A stretch of 64,000 nt of DNA from Candidatus Wirthbacteria bacterium. GTDB taxonomy: Bacteria > Patescibacteriota > CG2-30-54-11. Within the stretch, counting starts at the first letter, position 1. Each line of letters opens with the position of its first letter. Positions 1 to 9,835 of the stretch are shown piece by piece. Location: contig CAISZI010000040.1 in the NCBI GenBank assembly GCA_903889905.1, positions 64,148 to 128,147 of the forward strand, given 5' to 3'. The notes beneath the pieces are model-generated. The model had not been told where the DNA came from. It ran no database searches and saw only the letters and a program-made list of their open reading frames with translations. The translations under genes and the position numbers were made by a program.

Positions 1-1429
1 GTTGGTAAAGAATAAAACAACCGGGCTTCCGGCACCTGGTAAAAAGGCACCTCATGGGGGCGTGTTATCGCTTGCTTTAAAGTCGGCTGACCAGAGATAA
101 CATTGATGACAATGTGCCCGTGTAGACTTTTGCGATAAAGTCCAAATTGAAAATTTTGGCGGCCAAGCAAGCGTTGAACTTCGCCATAAGCAGTTGCGTG
201 TGTTGCTGTCAGTGGGCTAACGATTTTCCTGGCAACGCGGACTGGAAACGAACGAGGAATGCGGAACGATTGATCCGGAGCTGACGCAAAGGCTTCCGGC
301 GGCATCGTCAGCGTGATTTCGGGAACCAGATTAATACCATCCGATGTCTCGATCGATTGTAATTGCCGATCCAGCAACGGCCAGGTGAAATTAACTTGAA
401 CTTTAGCTCGCGAAAGACCGGGAAAGAATTGGTCGATTATTTTTGCCACCAGCATTTCAACTGCATCATCACCTCGAGTATGACACCAGTCATTCAGATA
501 CCTTGTCGCAAATTGTTGGGGCGGTTCGGTGTAATTTTCGTAGTAAGCGTCGTCGTTGCGTTGGTGTCTGATGCCACGACTATAACGCAAACCAGAATTT
601 TCACAGCGTTCCATCAGGGCTGTTTGCATTTCAGGCCAACCAGCCAGGTACGCCGAGTTGATACCAATCCGACCACGCAGAACTTTTTCATCTTTCATGT
701 TGCCATCAAAATTTTCCCACAAATCGGCTTGTTTGATTGGAATGGCACGGAAATTGGCTGGCAGCATCAGTGCCCAACTGAAGAGACGGTTTAGGTTGCG
801 AGTTGTTTCATAGGCTTTGTGTCGATTTTCATGGGGTATGTGATCATGAGCATACTTTTCACTTAGAAACGCTATCTGAGCCTGTTGAAACGGGCTTTTG
901 CGAAGATTGGTGTCATTGTCGTCGCTGGCCGTATCGGTTACTGCTACTAAGACATCGGACTGAATGACAGCTGCCGGATCTTCACCACCACTTACCTCTT
1001 GAATGTTGTATTGCCATCCGAGGCGATTATTTAAATTGCCACCTAATTTGCTGTCCTCTGGTACATCATGCAATAAAGCTCCGGCGACAGTAATGGCGTC
1101 CCAATTGCCTTGTGCCAGCATGATCGCTTCGGCCAACGGATGTTCCATATACAGGGCTCCGCTTTTGCGAAATTGTGCCTTTTTGTTTAAATTGAATTGG
1201 TGTGCGACAAAGGCGATGCGAAAAGCACGGTAGATAAAAACAACGCCTTTTTCGTCAAATTTTTGTAAAACCAGGCTAAACAATTCGTCAACTTTTGTTT
1301 TGAAGTGTTCAAAAACCTCCGGCTCAAGCATAGCTTTCGCCACAAGCCAGTACATGCGGAAATCCCAGTGTGGATGCGCCGCTTCATAGGCTTGTTCGTC
1401 ATTTTGTTCGGATTGCTCTGCTGTGGGCA
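1..1429 (-). CDS. RelA/SpoT-like HD-domain protein (probable (p)ppGpp hydrolase/synthetase family); the start codon is in the window and the gene runs off the window edge
   Basis: The minus-strand frame is open from ATG 1427-1429 down to position 1; it is absent from the ORF track because there is no stop in the window. Hand translation gives MPTAEQSEQNDEQAYEAAHPHWDF...HPLAEAIMLAQGNWDAITVAGALLHDVPED, the HD metal-binding signature of RelA/SpoT hydrolase domains. About 300 aa further on there is a YRKSLH-like segment. Confidence 0.6.
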
Positions 1430-1716
1430 TAGGATTGTTTGATAAATTTGGTCAAGGATTGAAATTATACCATTAGTTGGCGTTGGATTGACAACAAGAT
1501 CAATTCTGTTATGATAGTGATGCTTTAATACATTAAAGCAATTTCGGACCAAGTAGGTTTGGATACAGGAATCAAGCGATCGGGGAAAATACCAGGTGTG
1601 AGCCCCGACAGACGTTCCGAATCGAACACAGCCGATTGATTTCCGCCTGAGGCGGACGGGGAACCGACGTTTTGTCGGCAGAAGACCGTTATATCGAAAA
1701 AGTGCTGAATTAGACT

Positions 1717-1802
1717 GTCATTGCGAGGACTCTGCGCCGCGGCAATCTAGTGATTTAGAATGAAACTAGATTGGCACGCCTTGCAGCAAGGCTCGCAACG
1801 AC
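1717..1802. repeat. Palindromic MITE/REP-like element with terminal inverted repeats GTCATTGCGAG ... CTCGCAACGAC and an internal hairpin GCCTTG-CAG-CAAGGC
   Basis: The inverted termini are read directly. Related copies are at 2856-2889 and 11875-11909, and a related family forms the array at 15418-15939. Confidence 0.6.
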
Positions 1803-1922
1803 GATAAAAGCAGAAATTCAGCAATCAAGGATGGGACCACGGGTCGCGATACGCGCTCGTTCCTTCAACGCAAGTTTGGAGGAATGAGCGCGTATTTTTT
1901 GTTTTCATTTTTGGAGTTTGGT

Positions 1923-2786
1923 ATGTGTCGACTCAAAATGGCGGTGCAGAACAAAGGTAAGCTGGGGCGAGTGATTTTACCGTTTTTGGAACGCGCGGGG
2001 CTGCGGTTCGACATTGTCGAGCGGCAGTTGGTGGCGCGGTGCCAGAATTTTCCACTGGATTTGCTGTTTGTACGACACAGCGACGTGGGTGTGATTGTCG
2101 AGGATGCGGCAGCTGACCTTGGGGTGATCGGGAGCGATGTGCTGGCGGAACAGGCGTTTGGGGTTAAACATATCATGAACCTTGAACTGGCGAAATCCAG
2201 TCTTTGCCTGGCGGTGCCGGAAAATCTTGGCGCAACACAAGCGAGTGACTTGAATGGCAAGAAAATCGCCACGAATTTCCCGAATTTAAGCAAGCAATAC
2301 TTTGAAAAATTAGGTTTGAACGTGGAAATTGTCCGGTTGCGCGGGTCGGTGGAAATCGCACCCGTGCTGGAAATTGCTGTTGGCATCGTCGACCTGGTCG
2401 CCACGGGCACGACACTGCGGCAGAATCGGCTCAAAGTAATCGACAAAGTGATGGAAGCGCAAGGCGTTTTGGTCGCTGGCAAAACCCTTGGCGATGACCA
2501 GTTGAAATTGGTCGAGGAACTCAAATTCCGATTTTTATCCGTCATTGAGGCCAGAGACAAGAAATTACTGGTGTTTAACCTGCCCAAGGCGTCTTTGGAG
2601 CAGCTTGGCAGTATCGGCCTGGGACTGGATGGCCCAACCGTGTCGGAGGTCCGCAATGGCACGGTAGAAATGGTGGACGTACAAATCGTGGTGGAGGAAA
2701 GCGAGTCGTGGGGCGTGATGCGCAAGCTCAAGGGGATTGGGGCGAGCGGGATATTGGTGATGGGGATAGAGAGACTTGTTAGTTGA
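1923..2786 (+). CDS. hisG: ATP phosphoribosyltransferase, long form with C-terminal regulatory domain
   Basis: The ORF 1884-2786 reads ...LKMAVQNKGKLGRVILPFLERAGL...DLGVIGSDVLAEQ, which is collinear with long-form HisG. The start is most likely ATG 1923 (GGAG 8 nt upstream), not 1884. Confidence 0.85.
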   Translation: MCRLKMAVQNKGKLGRVILPFLERAGLRFDIVERQLVARCQNFPLDLLFVRHSDVGVIVEDAAADLGVIGSDVLAEQAFGVKHIMNLELAKSSLCLAVPENLGATQASDLNGKKIATNFPNLSKQYFEKLGLNVEIVRLRGSVEIAPVLEIAVGIVDLVATGTTLRQNRLKVIDKVMEAQGVLVAGKTLGDDQLKLVEELKFRFLSVIEARDKKLLVFNLPKASLEQLGSIGLGLDGPTVSEVRNGTVEMVDVQIVVEESESWGVMRKLKGIGASGILVMGIERLVS

Positions 2787-2855
2787 GGGTTGGGAACGGG
2801 AATTGTAGGGGCGTTTCATGAACCGCCCTCTTAAATTAATCGAATGAATGAAAGA

Positions 2856-2889
2856 TTGCCACGCCTTGAGGCAAGGCTCGCAATGACGG
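2856..2889. repeat. Half copy of the palindromic element (hairpin GCCTTG-AG-GCAAGGC plus terminus CTCGCAATGACGG) in the hisG-hisD intergenic region
   Basis: It is nearly identical to the right half of the element at 1717-1802. No left GTCATTGCGAG terminus is seen upstream. Confidence 0.5.
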
Positions 2890-2898
2890 ATAAATTGT

Positions 2899-4227
2899 TT
2901 GAATATAGGAAAAAACATGATTAACATCTACAAATGGTCGGATACCGACCCCAAAATCAAACAAAAAATCATGCAGCGGGCCATGGTGGATATTGGTGAA
3001 ATTCGCGATTACGTGGCTGGCTGGATGGACAAAGTGCGAAATGAAGGCGACACGGCCATCGTGGAATATGTGCGGCAGTTTGACAAAAAGGATTTTGAAC
3101 TTGGCGAGTTGGTTGTGTCACAGGCGGAAATCAAAGCGGCTTATAACAGGGTTGACCCGCGCGTTATTGCCGCAATTCGCAAACAAATTGCCATCTCGAC
3201 CAAGGTGGCCGAGGAGCGTTTGCGTAAACCGTTTGAGCTCAAAGAACTGACACCGGGTGTCCAGACGGGTTACAAAATCACACCTATCGACGCGGTGGGC
3301 CTCACCGTTCCAGCCGGGCAAGTGCCACTTCCGACCGTAATGCAAATCCTGGCTGTGAATGCCAAAGTGGCTGGTGTACCGCGGGTTGTGGCTTGCTTTC
3401 CGCCCACAGGGGATTATCCCGAAATGTTGATTGCTGCCGATATTGCCGGCGTGGATGAAATTTACCGCGTTGGTGGAATTGCCGGCATTGCGGCCATGAC
3501 CTATGGCACCAAGACGATCAAACCGGTGTTGAAAATTTTTGGTCCTGGCAGTAAATACACACAGGCAGCCAAACTGCTGGCGTTTGGCAAAGTAAATATC
3601 GATATGGTGGCTGGGCCGTCAGAAGCGTTGATCCTGGCTGATGAAAGTGCCAATCCTGCTTATTGTGCTGCTGACATACTGGCACGCGCCGAGCATTCGC
3701 CGGATGCCTGTGGCGTATTAGTGACGACGTCAGCCGCCTTGGCTTTGGCAACAAAGGACGAGATCGAAAAGCAGTTTGGGTTGCTCAAAAGGCAGGAAAT
3801 CATCAGGCAGTCTTTGGCAATGTATTCGGCCATCATTGTCGTCGCAACGTGGGACGAAGCGATTGAGCTCACAAACGAATACAGTCCCGAGCACCTGGAA
3901 ATCATGACCCGGGAACCGCTTCAGCTTTTGGACAAAATCCGCAATGCCGGTTCAATCTTTTTGGGCGACTATGCACCGGTCGCGGTCGGAGATTATGCCA
4001 GCGGTACCAGCCACATATTGCCGACCGGCCACTGGGCCAAAATGGCGTCAGCGGCTAGTGTCGAGACTTTTCAGAAAATATCGGAAGTGCAATTGTTGAC
4101 CAGAGTTGGTTTGGAGAACCTTGCCGATGTGGTGGATGTGATTGCGGATGTGGAAAGTTTGGACGCGCACTGGAATTCGGTCAATCAGCGGCTCAAGAAA
4201 CCAAGGAGAATGCGCGATGAAACTTGA
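2899..4227 (+). CDS. hisD: Histidinol dehydrogenase
   Basis: The 442 aa product is collinear with HisD (..GPGSKYTQAAK.., ..SPEHLEI.., GDYASGTSHILPT). Confidence 0.9.
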   Translation: MNIGKNMINIYKWSDTDPKIKQKIMQRAMVDIGEIRDYVAGWMDKVRNEGDTAIVEYVRQFDKKDFELGELVVSQAEIKAAYNRVDPRVIAAIRKQIAISTKVAEERLRKPFELKELTPGVQTGYKITPIDAVGLTVPAGQVPLPTVMQILAVNAKVAGVPRVVACFPPTGDYPEMLIAADIAGVDEIYRVGGIAGIAAMTYGTKTIKPVLKIFGPGSKYTQAAKLLAFGKVNIDMVAGPSEALILADESANPAYCAADILARAEHSPDACGVLVTTSAALALATKDEIEKQFGLLKRQEIIRQSLAMYSAIIVVATWDEAIELTNEYSPEHLEIMTREPLQLLDKIRNAGSIFLGDYAPVAVGDYASGTSHILPTGHWAKMASAASVETFQKISEVQLLTRVGLENLADVVDVIADVESLDAHWNSVNQRLKKPRRMRDET

Positions 4228-4882
4228 AGAACTGGTCAAACAATACAAGCTTAAAGCTGTTTGCTGCGACATGGATGGGGTGTTGATTGATTCTTTGGGA
4301 TTGGATCTAAAAGTCGTTAATGTCCTGTTGCGAGAAATTGGCTTGTCGCCGATTGCAGTGGCATTTATTAAAGCCAATTTTGCCCTCAGCGTGACGGATT
4401 TTTGGACAGCGATATTGGTTGAAATTGGTTGCAAGCCGAGTAATCCTTTCTTACCGCAAGTTGTAGACAGTTACAACGCAGTCAGACGCAAGGAAAAGAT
4501 CGAACTGCTGCCGCTGGTTAGGACATTCCTGGAGCAGACAAAGAAACTGGGGTTGGCGGCGACCGTCGTCTCCAACAATGCGGACGAAGAAGTGAAACAG
4601 ATTTTGCTGAAAAGTGGTATAAAGCCATATTTTGGATTTGTCATCGGAAACACACAAATCGATTACCGCAAGCCAGCGCCTGATTGTTATTTGCTGGCGG
4701 CCAAAAAACTCAAAGTGGAACCGCTGCATTGTCTTGTCATCGAAGATTCTGTGATTGGGTTGCAGGCTGCCAGAGCGGCTGGAATCGGTTGCGTCCTTGG
4801 CGTAGCAACAGGTGGTGAAAGCCTTGAGGCACTCGGAATTTACGCTGATCTGGTGATAAATGATTTAGGAGAATTGTTATGA
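4217..4882 (+). CDS. HAD-superfamily hydrolase (beta-phosphoglucomutase-like subfamily IA); candidate histidinol-phosphate phosphatase by operon context
   Basis: Taking the start at ATG 4217 (AAGGAG upstream), the N-terminus is MKLEELVKQYKLKAVCCDMDGVLIDS, which carries the HAD motif I DxDGxL. The C-terminal part has ..EDSVIGLQAARAAG.. Its start overlaps the hisD stop by 11 nt. Confidence 0.7.
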   Translation: MKLEELVKQYKLKAVCCDMDGVLIDSLGLDLKVVNVLLREIGLSPIAVAFIKANFALSVTDFWTAILVEIGCKPSNPFLPQVVDSYNAVRRKEKIELLPLVRTFLEQTKKLGLAATVVSNNADEEVKQILLKSGIKPYFGFVIGNTQIDYRKPAPDCYLLAAKKLKVEPLHCLVIEDSVIGLQAARAAGIGCVLGVATGGESLEALGIYADLVINDLGELL

Positions 4883-6207
4883 ACGCTCAATTGGGTGGCG
4901 ATGGCAAAATAGAAACCAATAATCAACCCCTGAGTTTATTCGAGATCCAAACCATGGCCAAAAGCGACAAAGCGCAGGCCGAAGTCGAGTTGCTGGCGGC
5001 ACTGCAAGTCATCTTCTGCGACCTGGCGATCGCAAGCGTCCGTATCAACCAGAGCGCTGTCTCCCTCAATTCCATCAACGGCATTGTCGTCATCGCGGGC
5101 GTGGAATACTTTTTCAAATTCCATTCCGAAGAAGGCGAAGAACAAACCATGCAGGAATATTATCGCAGCGAGCTCCTTAGCGAGGCAGGTTATGCAGTGA
5201 TGATGCCGGTTTATAAATCGACAGAAAGTGGCAAACAAATATTGATTTATCCCAAAGTGGACGCTCCGACGCTGTTTCAAGCCATGGACCAGATGGATCG
5301 CGGGTATTTGGTGGAGGGCAAATATCCAGAAGGATCTGAGCAGTTGTTACAAGCGGAACGGGAAGCGGATCGCCGTAAAGTTGAGGTTTTGTTGCGGACG
5401 CTTAAACTGGCTCCTGCCGCGGCCGTGGCGGCAGAAGGCATTAATCAATTGTTTTATGTGCGGCTCGCGGATAAAAGGACCACACCGCGCGTTGACCTGT
5501 TTTATCGGGACAAGGCCGTGCGGTTACCCGATGGCGGCGAAATCGGGTTCAATCAGCTGAGCCAGCTAAAATGGGTAATCAATGGCGTGGCCTATGACGA
5601 AACACTGGAGGATCTGATCCAAACCGCGACAGGGCTGCTTGATCCGCTGAGACTGGCAGAGTATCCGGTCGTTACGGCGCACGGCGATGATCACAATGGC
5701 AATAAATTTGTGACGCCAGAAGGACTGATTTACCTGGATCCCGCTTTTGCCGGTATGTATCAATACGCGCTCTTGAGCCAGGTCAAAACGACCTTTCACG
5801 ACACCCTGGCGCACCCATTGTGGTTATATAATCCGCAAGATTTTGCGGTGCAGCTTGAGCTGAAGATTGAGGATGGAATGGTTCGGATGGATAACGATTT
5901 CAACTGGCAAAAGGTAGCACCACTACGCGAGCAAATGTTGCAGATCAAGCTTGAGGAAATCTGGATTCCTCTGTTGCGAGAGCTGAAAAAGCGTGGTTGG
6001 TTAGAAGAGAATTGGGAGAACTATCTGCGCAAAGCACTTTTTGCCTGTCCGTTTCTGGTTTACAACCTGATTGATAATGCGCGCTATACAACGGATAAAT
6101 CGCTTTTTGCGTTGGCGCAAGCGGTCCGGATGGGCAGCAAATCCAAAAGTGGAATGATGGAGCCGTTTTTAGAAAAATTACGAACAGCCATTGAGGCATC
6201 GCCATGA
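4879..6207 (+). CDS. Kinase-like (aminoglycoside phosphotransferase / choline-kinase fold) protein embedded in the his operon
   Basis: VTAHGDDHNGNKF matches the APH catalytic HGDxHxGN motif, and LIYLDPAFAG looks like the metal-binding D-loop. Its start overlaps the HAD stop as ATGA, and its stop overlaps the hisC start. Confidence 0.55.
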   Translation: MNAQLGGDGKIETNNQPLSLFEIQTMAKSDKAQAEVELLAALQVIFCDLAIASVRINQSAVSLNSINGIVVIAGVEYFFKFHSEEGEEQTMQEYYRSELLSEAGYAVMMPVYKSTESGKQILIYPKVDAPTLFQAMDQMDRGYLVEGKYPEGSEQLLQAEREADRRKVEVLLRTLKLAPAAAVAAEGINQLFYVRLADKRTTPRVDLFYRDKAVRLPDGGEIGFNQLSQLKWVINGVAYDETLEDLIQTATGLLDPLRLAEYPVVTAHGDDHNGNKFVTPEGLIYLDPAFAGMYQYALLSQVKTTFHDTLAHPLWLYNPQDFAVQLELKIEDGMVRMDNDFNWQKVAPLREQMLQIKLEEIWIPLLRELKKRGWLEENWENYLRKALFACPFLVYNLIDNARYTTDKSLFALAQAVRMGSKSKSGMMEPFLEKLRTAIEASP

Positions 6208-7289
6208 ATGTAAACAAATTCATTAATCCCTGGATCTTGCAGCTCAAGTCCATTGACTGGGGCAAGTCAGTTCCTCAACGCGGTATACGACTCAACTTTG
6301 GTGAAAACCCAATTGCCTTTGAGCCAGCTTTGCAAGCCATTCGTGCTGAAGCCAGCAACGTGAACCGGTATCCGGAGGTCGATAAATCCAAAGAATACCA
6401 CTTGCTGGCCGATTATTGTGGCGTTAAACCCGATCAGGTCATAATGACGAATGCAGGCGATGATGCCATCGAAATGATTGCCCGGGTTTTCCTTGGCCCT
6501 GGAGATATGGCGCTGGCGGTCATTCCGAGCTATCCGTGTTACGCGGCAGCAACAGAAGTGGTGGGCGCATCGTTGGTTACGATGGAACTGGGGGCGCAAT
6601 TTCAGCTTGATGTCAGCGCATTGATCGAAACCGCTAAGCGTAATAAGGCAAAAGTAATCTGGATCGCCAATCCCAATAATCCAACCGGGAATCTTTTGCT
6701 TGATCTGGCACAGATTGGTCAAATTGCCCGTTCGGTCGATGCCATGCTGATCCTGGACGAGGCCTATTTTGAATTTTCGGAATTTAGTGCCGTTGGCTTG
6801 ATCAACAACAATCCCAATCTTGTCATTGTTCGAACTTTCAGCAAGGCTTATGGGCTGGCTGGTTTGTCGTTTGGTTACCTTTTGGGCAATCAGGAAACTA
6901 TCCAGTGCATGCGCCATCTGCAGGATGGTCCACAAATCTTCAGCGTCAACCGTTTGGCAAGGGCAGCGGCCAGGGCTGTATTGGAGAATCCAAACGCGGC
7001 GCAAGCTTTTGTCGATTCATTCAAATCTGCCAAGCGTCATATGGAAATGGGGTTGGCGCAAATACCGGGGATTGAAGTACTCCCAGGAGTGACAAGCTTT
7101 TCTGTATTGAGGCTGACAACCATGACTGCAAGTCAGTTCAAAAACAAGCTGGCCCAACAAGCTATATTCATTAAAGATTTAAGTATTTACAATGGGGTCA
7201 AGGACAACTTGATATATATGGGCATTCCAGCCCTTAATGACCAGCAAACGGTTTTAAGGGAAATAAAATCAATTCTGGAGGGAAAATAA
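6204..7289 (+). CDS. hisC: Histidinol-phosphate aminotransferase
   Basis: TFSKAYGLAGLSFGY is the PLP-lysine motif of class II aminotransferases / HisC. Confidence 0.85.
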   Translation: MNVNKFINPWILQLKSIDWGKSVPQRGIRLNFGENPIAFEPALQAIRAEASNVNRYPEVDKSKEYHLLADYCGVKPDQVIMTNAGDDAIEMIARVFLGPGDMALAVIPSYPCYAAATEVVGASLVTMELGAQFQLDVSALIETAKRNKAKVIWIANPNNPTGNLLLDLAQIGQIARSVDAMLILDEAYFEFSEFSAVGLINNNPNLVIVRTFSKAYGLAGLSFGYLLGNQETIQCMRHLQDGPQIFSVNRLARAAARAVLENPNAAQAFVDSFKSAKRHMEMGLAQIPGIEVLPGVTSFSVLRLTTMTASQFKNKLAQQAIFIKDLSIYNGVKDNLIYMGIPALNDQQTVLREIKSILEGK

Positions 7290-8020
7290 TGATCATCCTT
7301 CCTGCCATCGACATCCTGAACGGCAAATGTGTGCGACTTACCCGCGGCAATTTTCAGGACTCGAGGGTTTACTCAGTGAGTCCGCTGGAGGTGGCGGCCG
7401 AATTAAAATCCCTGGGCGCCACCTGGCTGCACCTGGTTGATCTGGATGGTGCGCGGCGTGGCAGCAGTTCTAATGGTCAGTTGATTCAGGAAATCGTGTC
7501 ATCGACGGGTCTCAAAATTGAGCTGGGTGGCGGCATCCGGACGCGTGAGGTGATAGAAGAGTGGCTCCAGCTCGGCATTGAACGTGTTATCCTCGGCACA
7601 ACGGCAGTGCAAAATCCAGATTTTGTGGTTGATGCAGTTCAGACTTTTGGGGCAGATCGTGTGGCTGTCGGCCTGGATTTCAAAGATCAAAAACTCGCCA
7701 TCAAAGGCTGGCTCCAAAACGTTGCAATTAATTGGAAAAAGTTGGTAGAGAAGTATGTAGAGGCCAATGTGACCAATTTTGTTGTGACCGATACTGGCCG
7801 GGATGGCATGTTGGAAGGACTAAATTGGCGCTTAATTGAAGAATTCTTAAAACTGCTTAAGCCTGACAATCTAGTCGCTTCCGGCGGAGTAAGTTCGCTT
7901 TCGGATTTGTCACGAGCGCAGGAACTGGGGTTGCAGGGTATCGTGGTTGGTAAGGCCTGGTATGAAGGTAAAGTGGACCTGGGCGAGGCGTTTCGATTGT
8001 ATGGCCAGGAGGAAAAGTGA
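7289..8020 (+). CDS. hisA: Phosphoribosylformimino-AICAR-ribotide isomerase
   Basis: MIILPAIDILNGKCVRLTRG... is the HisA N-terminus and the protein has the TIM-barrel HisA/HisF fold. Its start overlaps the hisC stop. Confidence 0.88.
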   Translation: MIILPAIDILNGKCVRLTRGNFQDSRVYSVSPLEVAAELKSLGATWLHLVDLDGARRGSSSNGQLIQEIVSSTGLKIELGGGIRTREVIEEWLQLGIERVILGTTAVQNPDFVVDAVQTFGADRVAVGLDFKDQKLAIKGWLQNVAINWKKLVEKYVEANVTNFVVTDTGRDGMLEGLNWRLIEEFLKLLKPDNLVASGGVSSLSDLSRAQELGLQGIVVGKAWYEGKVDLGEAFRLYGQEEK

Positions 8021-8661
8021 TCACGATCGTGGACTATGGCGCGGGAAATCTGACGTCGGTGAAGTGGGCGGTGGAAGAGTTGGGTTTTGAGGTGGAGGTG
8101 ACGGCTGATCCATTGCGCATTCTTGGCGCCGCCAAAGTCATCTTCCCCGGCGTCGGCGCGGCTGGACAGGCGATGGAAGAACTGGCGAAGCGCGGCTTGA
8201 TCGAATCGATTCGTGCAGTAGTTGCCAAGGGGACGCCCTTTTTGGGAATTTGCCTGGGGATGCAGATTTTGTTTGACTGGAGCGACGAAGATGGCGGGAT
8301 CAAATGCCTCGGTTTGCTCGCAGGTAAAGTGAAACGGTTTGATTTTGGCTCGAATTTAGCGCAGTTAAAAGTTCCGCACATGGGTTGGAATCAGGTACGA
8401 CAAACGGGTTTGGAAGCCAGCGGGCTATGGCAGGGAATTGGTAACGAAAGCAATTTCTACTTCGTGCATTCGTTTTATTGTGAGCCAGTGGACAAAGCAT
8501 TGGTGATCGGCGAAACAGAATACGGCGGTGTGTTTACCGCGGCAGTACAGCAAAAAAATGTCATTGCCACGCAGTTTCACCCGGAAAAAAGTGGTAGAGT
8601 GGGTTTACGGTTTTTGCAGAATTTTTGCCAAGGAGATTATGGTGGCCGTTTTACTCGATGA
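8017..8661 (+). CDS. hisH: Imidazole glycerol phosphate synthase, glutamine amidotransferase subunit
   Basis: MITIVDYGAGNLTSV...GICLGMQ...FHPEKS carries the class I GATase catalytic triad motifs. It uses a GTG start that overlaps the hisA stop. Confidence 0.88.
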   Translation: MITIVDYGAGNLTSVKWAVEELGFEVEVTADPLRILGAAKVIFPGVGAAGQAMEELAKRGLIESIRAVVAKGTPFLGICLGMQILFDWSDEDGGIKCLGLLAGKVKRFDFGSNLAQLKVPHMGWNQVRQTGLEASGLWQGIGNESNFYFVHSFYCEPVDKALVIGETEYGGVFTAAVQQKNVIATQFHPEKSGRVGLRFLQNFCQGDYGGRFTR

Positions 8662-9835
8662 CGGGCGCTTTGAACTGGATCGACCCTGGTGGTATTGGAT
8701 CAAATGCCGGATGGACAATCCGATCAGGTGGTTTGGAACCCGCAGTGTCGCGGGATTCTATTGGGATGCCTGGCGGTATGGTTTGCGGCCCTGGCAGCAG
8801 GTAATCGGGATCACGCCGGAACATAAGCGATGCGAAGATCTGACGCCTGCAACTGGAGCATGGTACGCAAGGCTGGATTTGGTACAAGTCCAAAAAAATG
8901 CCGAGCGAGCCATGCTCGTGATCGAGGAAAATCTAGCCCAGGTGAGGAATGCTGGTCAGGTTGATGCCGGTTTGGTGTGGTTTTTGGCTGGGGCACGACC
9001 AACTACCAGTAGCCCTGGCAATTGGGATCAACTCTGGCTACAAAAAATGGGGAACCCTGATTTATGGATGTGCCTTCCCAGCCTGTTTGGCCTTCGTTAT
9101 TTTTCCTATCTGTTCAATCGTGACCTTTGCTCCCACATTCTCAGTTCCCAGCAAGTGGCTTTGGCCCCATACAGGAAGACAACTGTCGAACAAACGGTGG
9201 CGGACCTTCTGGCCGAGGATCCCTCGGATTATGACAAATTCGATCGATTGACGGATAGAGAAACTGGCTATTCGATGCCCTATGTTGGCGATCGGACCAA
9301 AAGCATGACCATATATGGTGCCCGGCAATTGCTAGTGGGCGCCAGTCCCGTCGAAGTGACAGTTTCTCGGGAACGTTATATCGAAGAGAAATCGCCATTG
9401 AATGTTTTCATTCGATTACAGATCTTGCTTGCGATTCGTACCGTTTCCGGACCAGCGTTTCGCTGGAGTTGGCGAGAGAACAAGAATTTCGATGCCATTG
9501 AATTTAAAAATGACGTTGAAAAACAGTACTGGCAGGAAGTTGAGACGGCAGTGCGGCAGGGAATACCGGCTAAATTTCCCTGGGTCACCCAGGACATGAT
9601 CTCGGCCGTGTGGAGAACTTGCCATGGGTTTGCCGACAGTTCACTCGGCAATTATGAGATCGCGGGTTGGGGGTTTTATGGTGACAAGGAACAAATCGGC
9701 AAAACGGAATTCGAACGTTTTTTGGCCGATAAACTCGAACCGATTTATCGCGAGCTGCAGATGGAGGAATGGGTCAATACCATGAAGAATAGAATCTTCA
9801 AATCTCAGGAAGGTAAACCCAAACAGCGTGATTAA
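8639..9835 (+). CDS. Trp-rich hypothetical protein X1 of an unrecognised family; paralogue of X2; embedded between hisH and hisF
   Basis: ATG 8639 has AAGGAG upstream. The product begins MVAVLLDDGRFELDRPWWYWI... and shares blocks with X2 (DRPWW, FLAGARP, GxPDL, KxYWxE, WVTxxMxxAxWxTxHGFxDxSLxxYxIAG). It overlaps the end of hisH by 23 nt. Confidence 0.65.
   Translation: MVAVLLDDGRFELDRPWWYWIKCRMDNPIRWFGTRSVAGFYWDAWRYGLRPWQQVIGITPEHKRCEDLTPATGAWYARLDLVQVQKNAERAMLVIEENLAQVRNAGQVDAGLVWFLAGARPTTSSPGNWDQLWLQKMGNPDLWMCLPSLFGLRYFSYLFNRDLCSHILSSQQVALAPYRKTTVEQTVADLLAEDPSDYDKFDRLTDRETGYSMPYVGDRTKSMTIYGARQLLVGASPVEVTVSRERYIEEKSPLNVFIRLQILLAIRTVSGPAFRWSWRENKNFDAIEFKNDVEKQYWQEVETAVRQGIPAKFPWVTQDMISAVWRTCHGFADSSLGNYEIAGWGFYGDKEQIGKTEFERFLADKLEPIYRELQMEEWVNTMKNRIFKSQEGKPKQRD

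Noticed and set aside
363-794. 143-aa plus-strand ORF (and 1187-1552 on the minus strand)
   Set aside because: Both lie within, and antisense or out of frame to, the long minus-strand HD-domain gene (1-1429) whose translation carries a clear RelA/SpoT HD motif.
8528-8638. N-terminal extension of X1 (ORF-track start 8528)
   Set aside because: The extension is out of frame within hisH, which is confidently called in the other frame. The SD-preceded ATG 8639 aligns with the X2 N-terminus.
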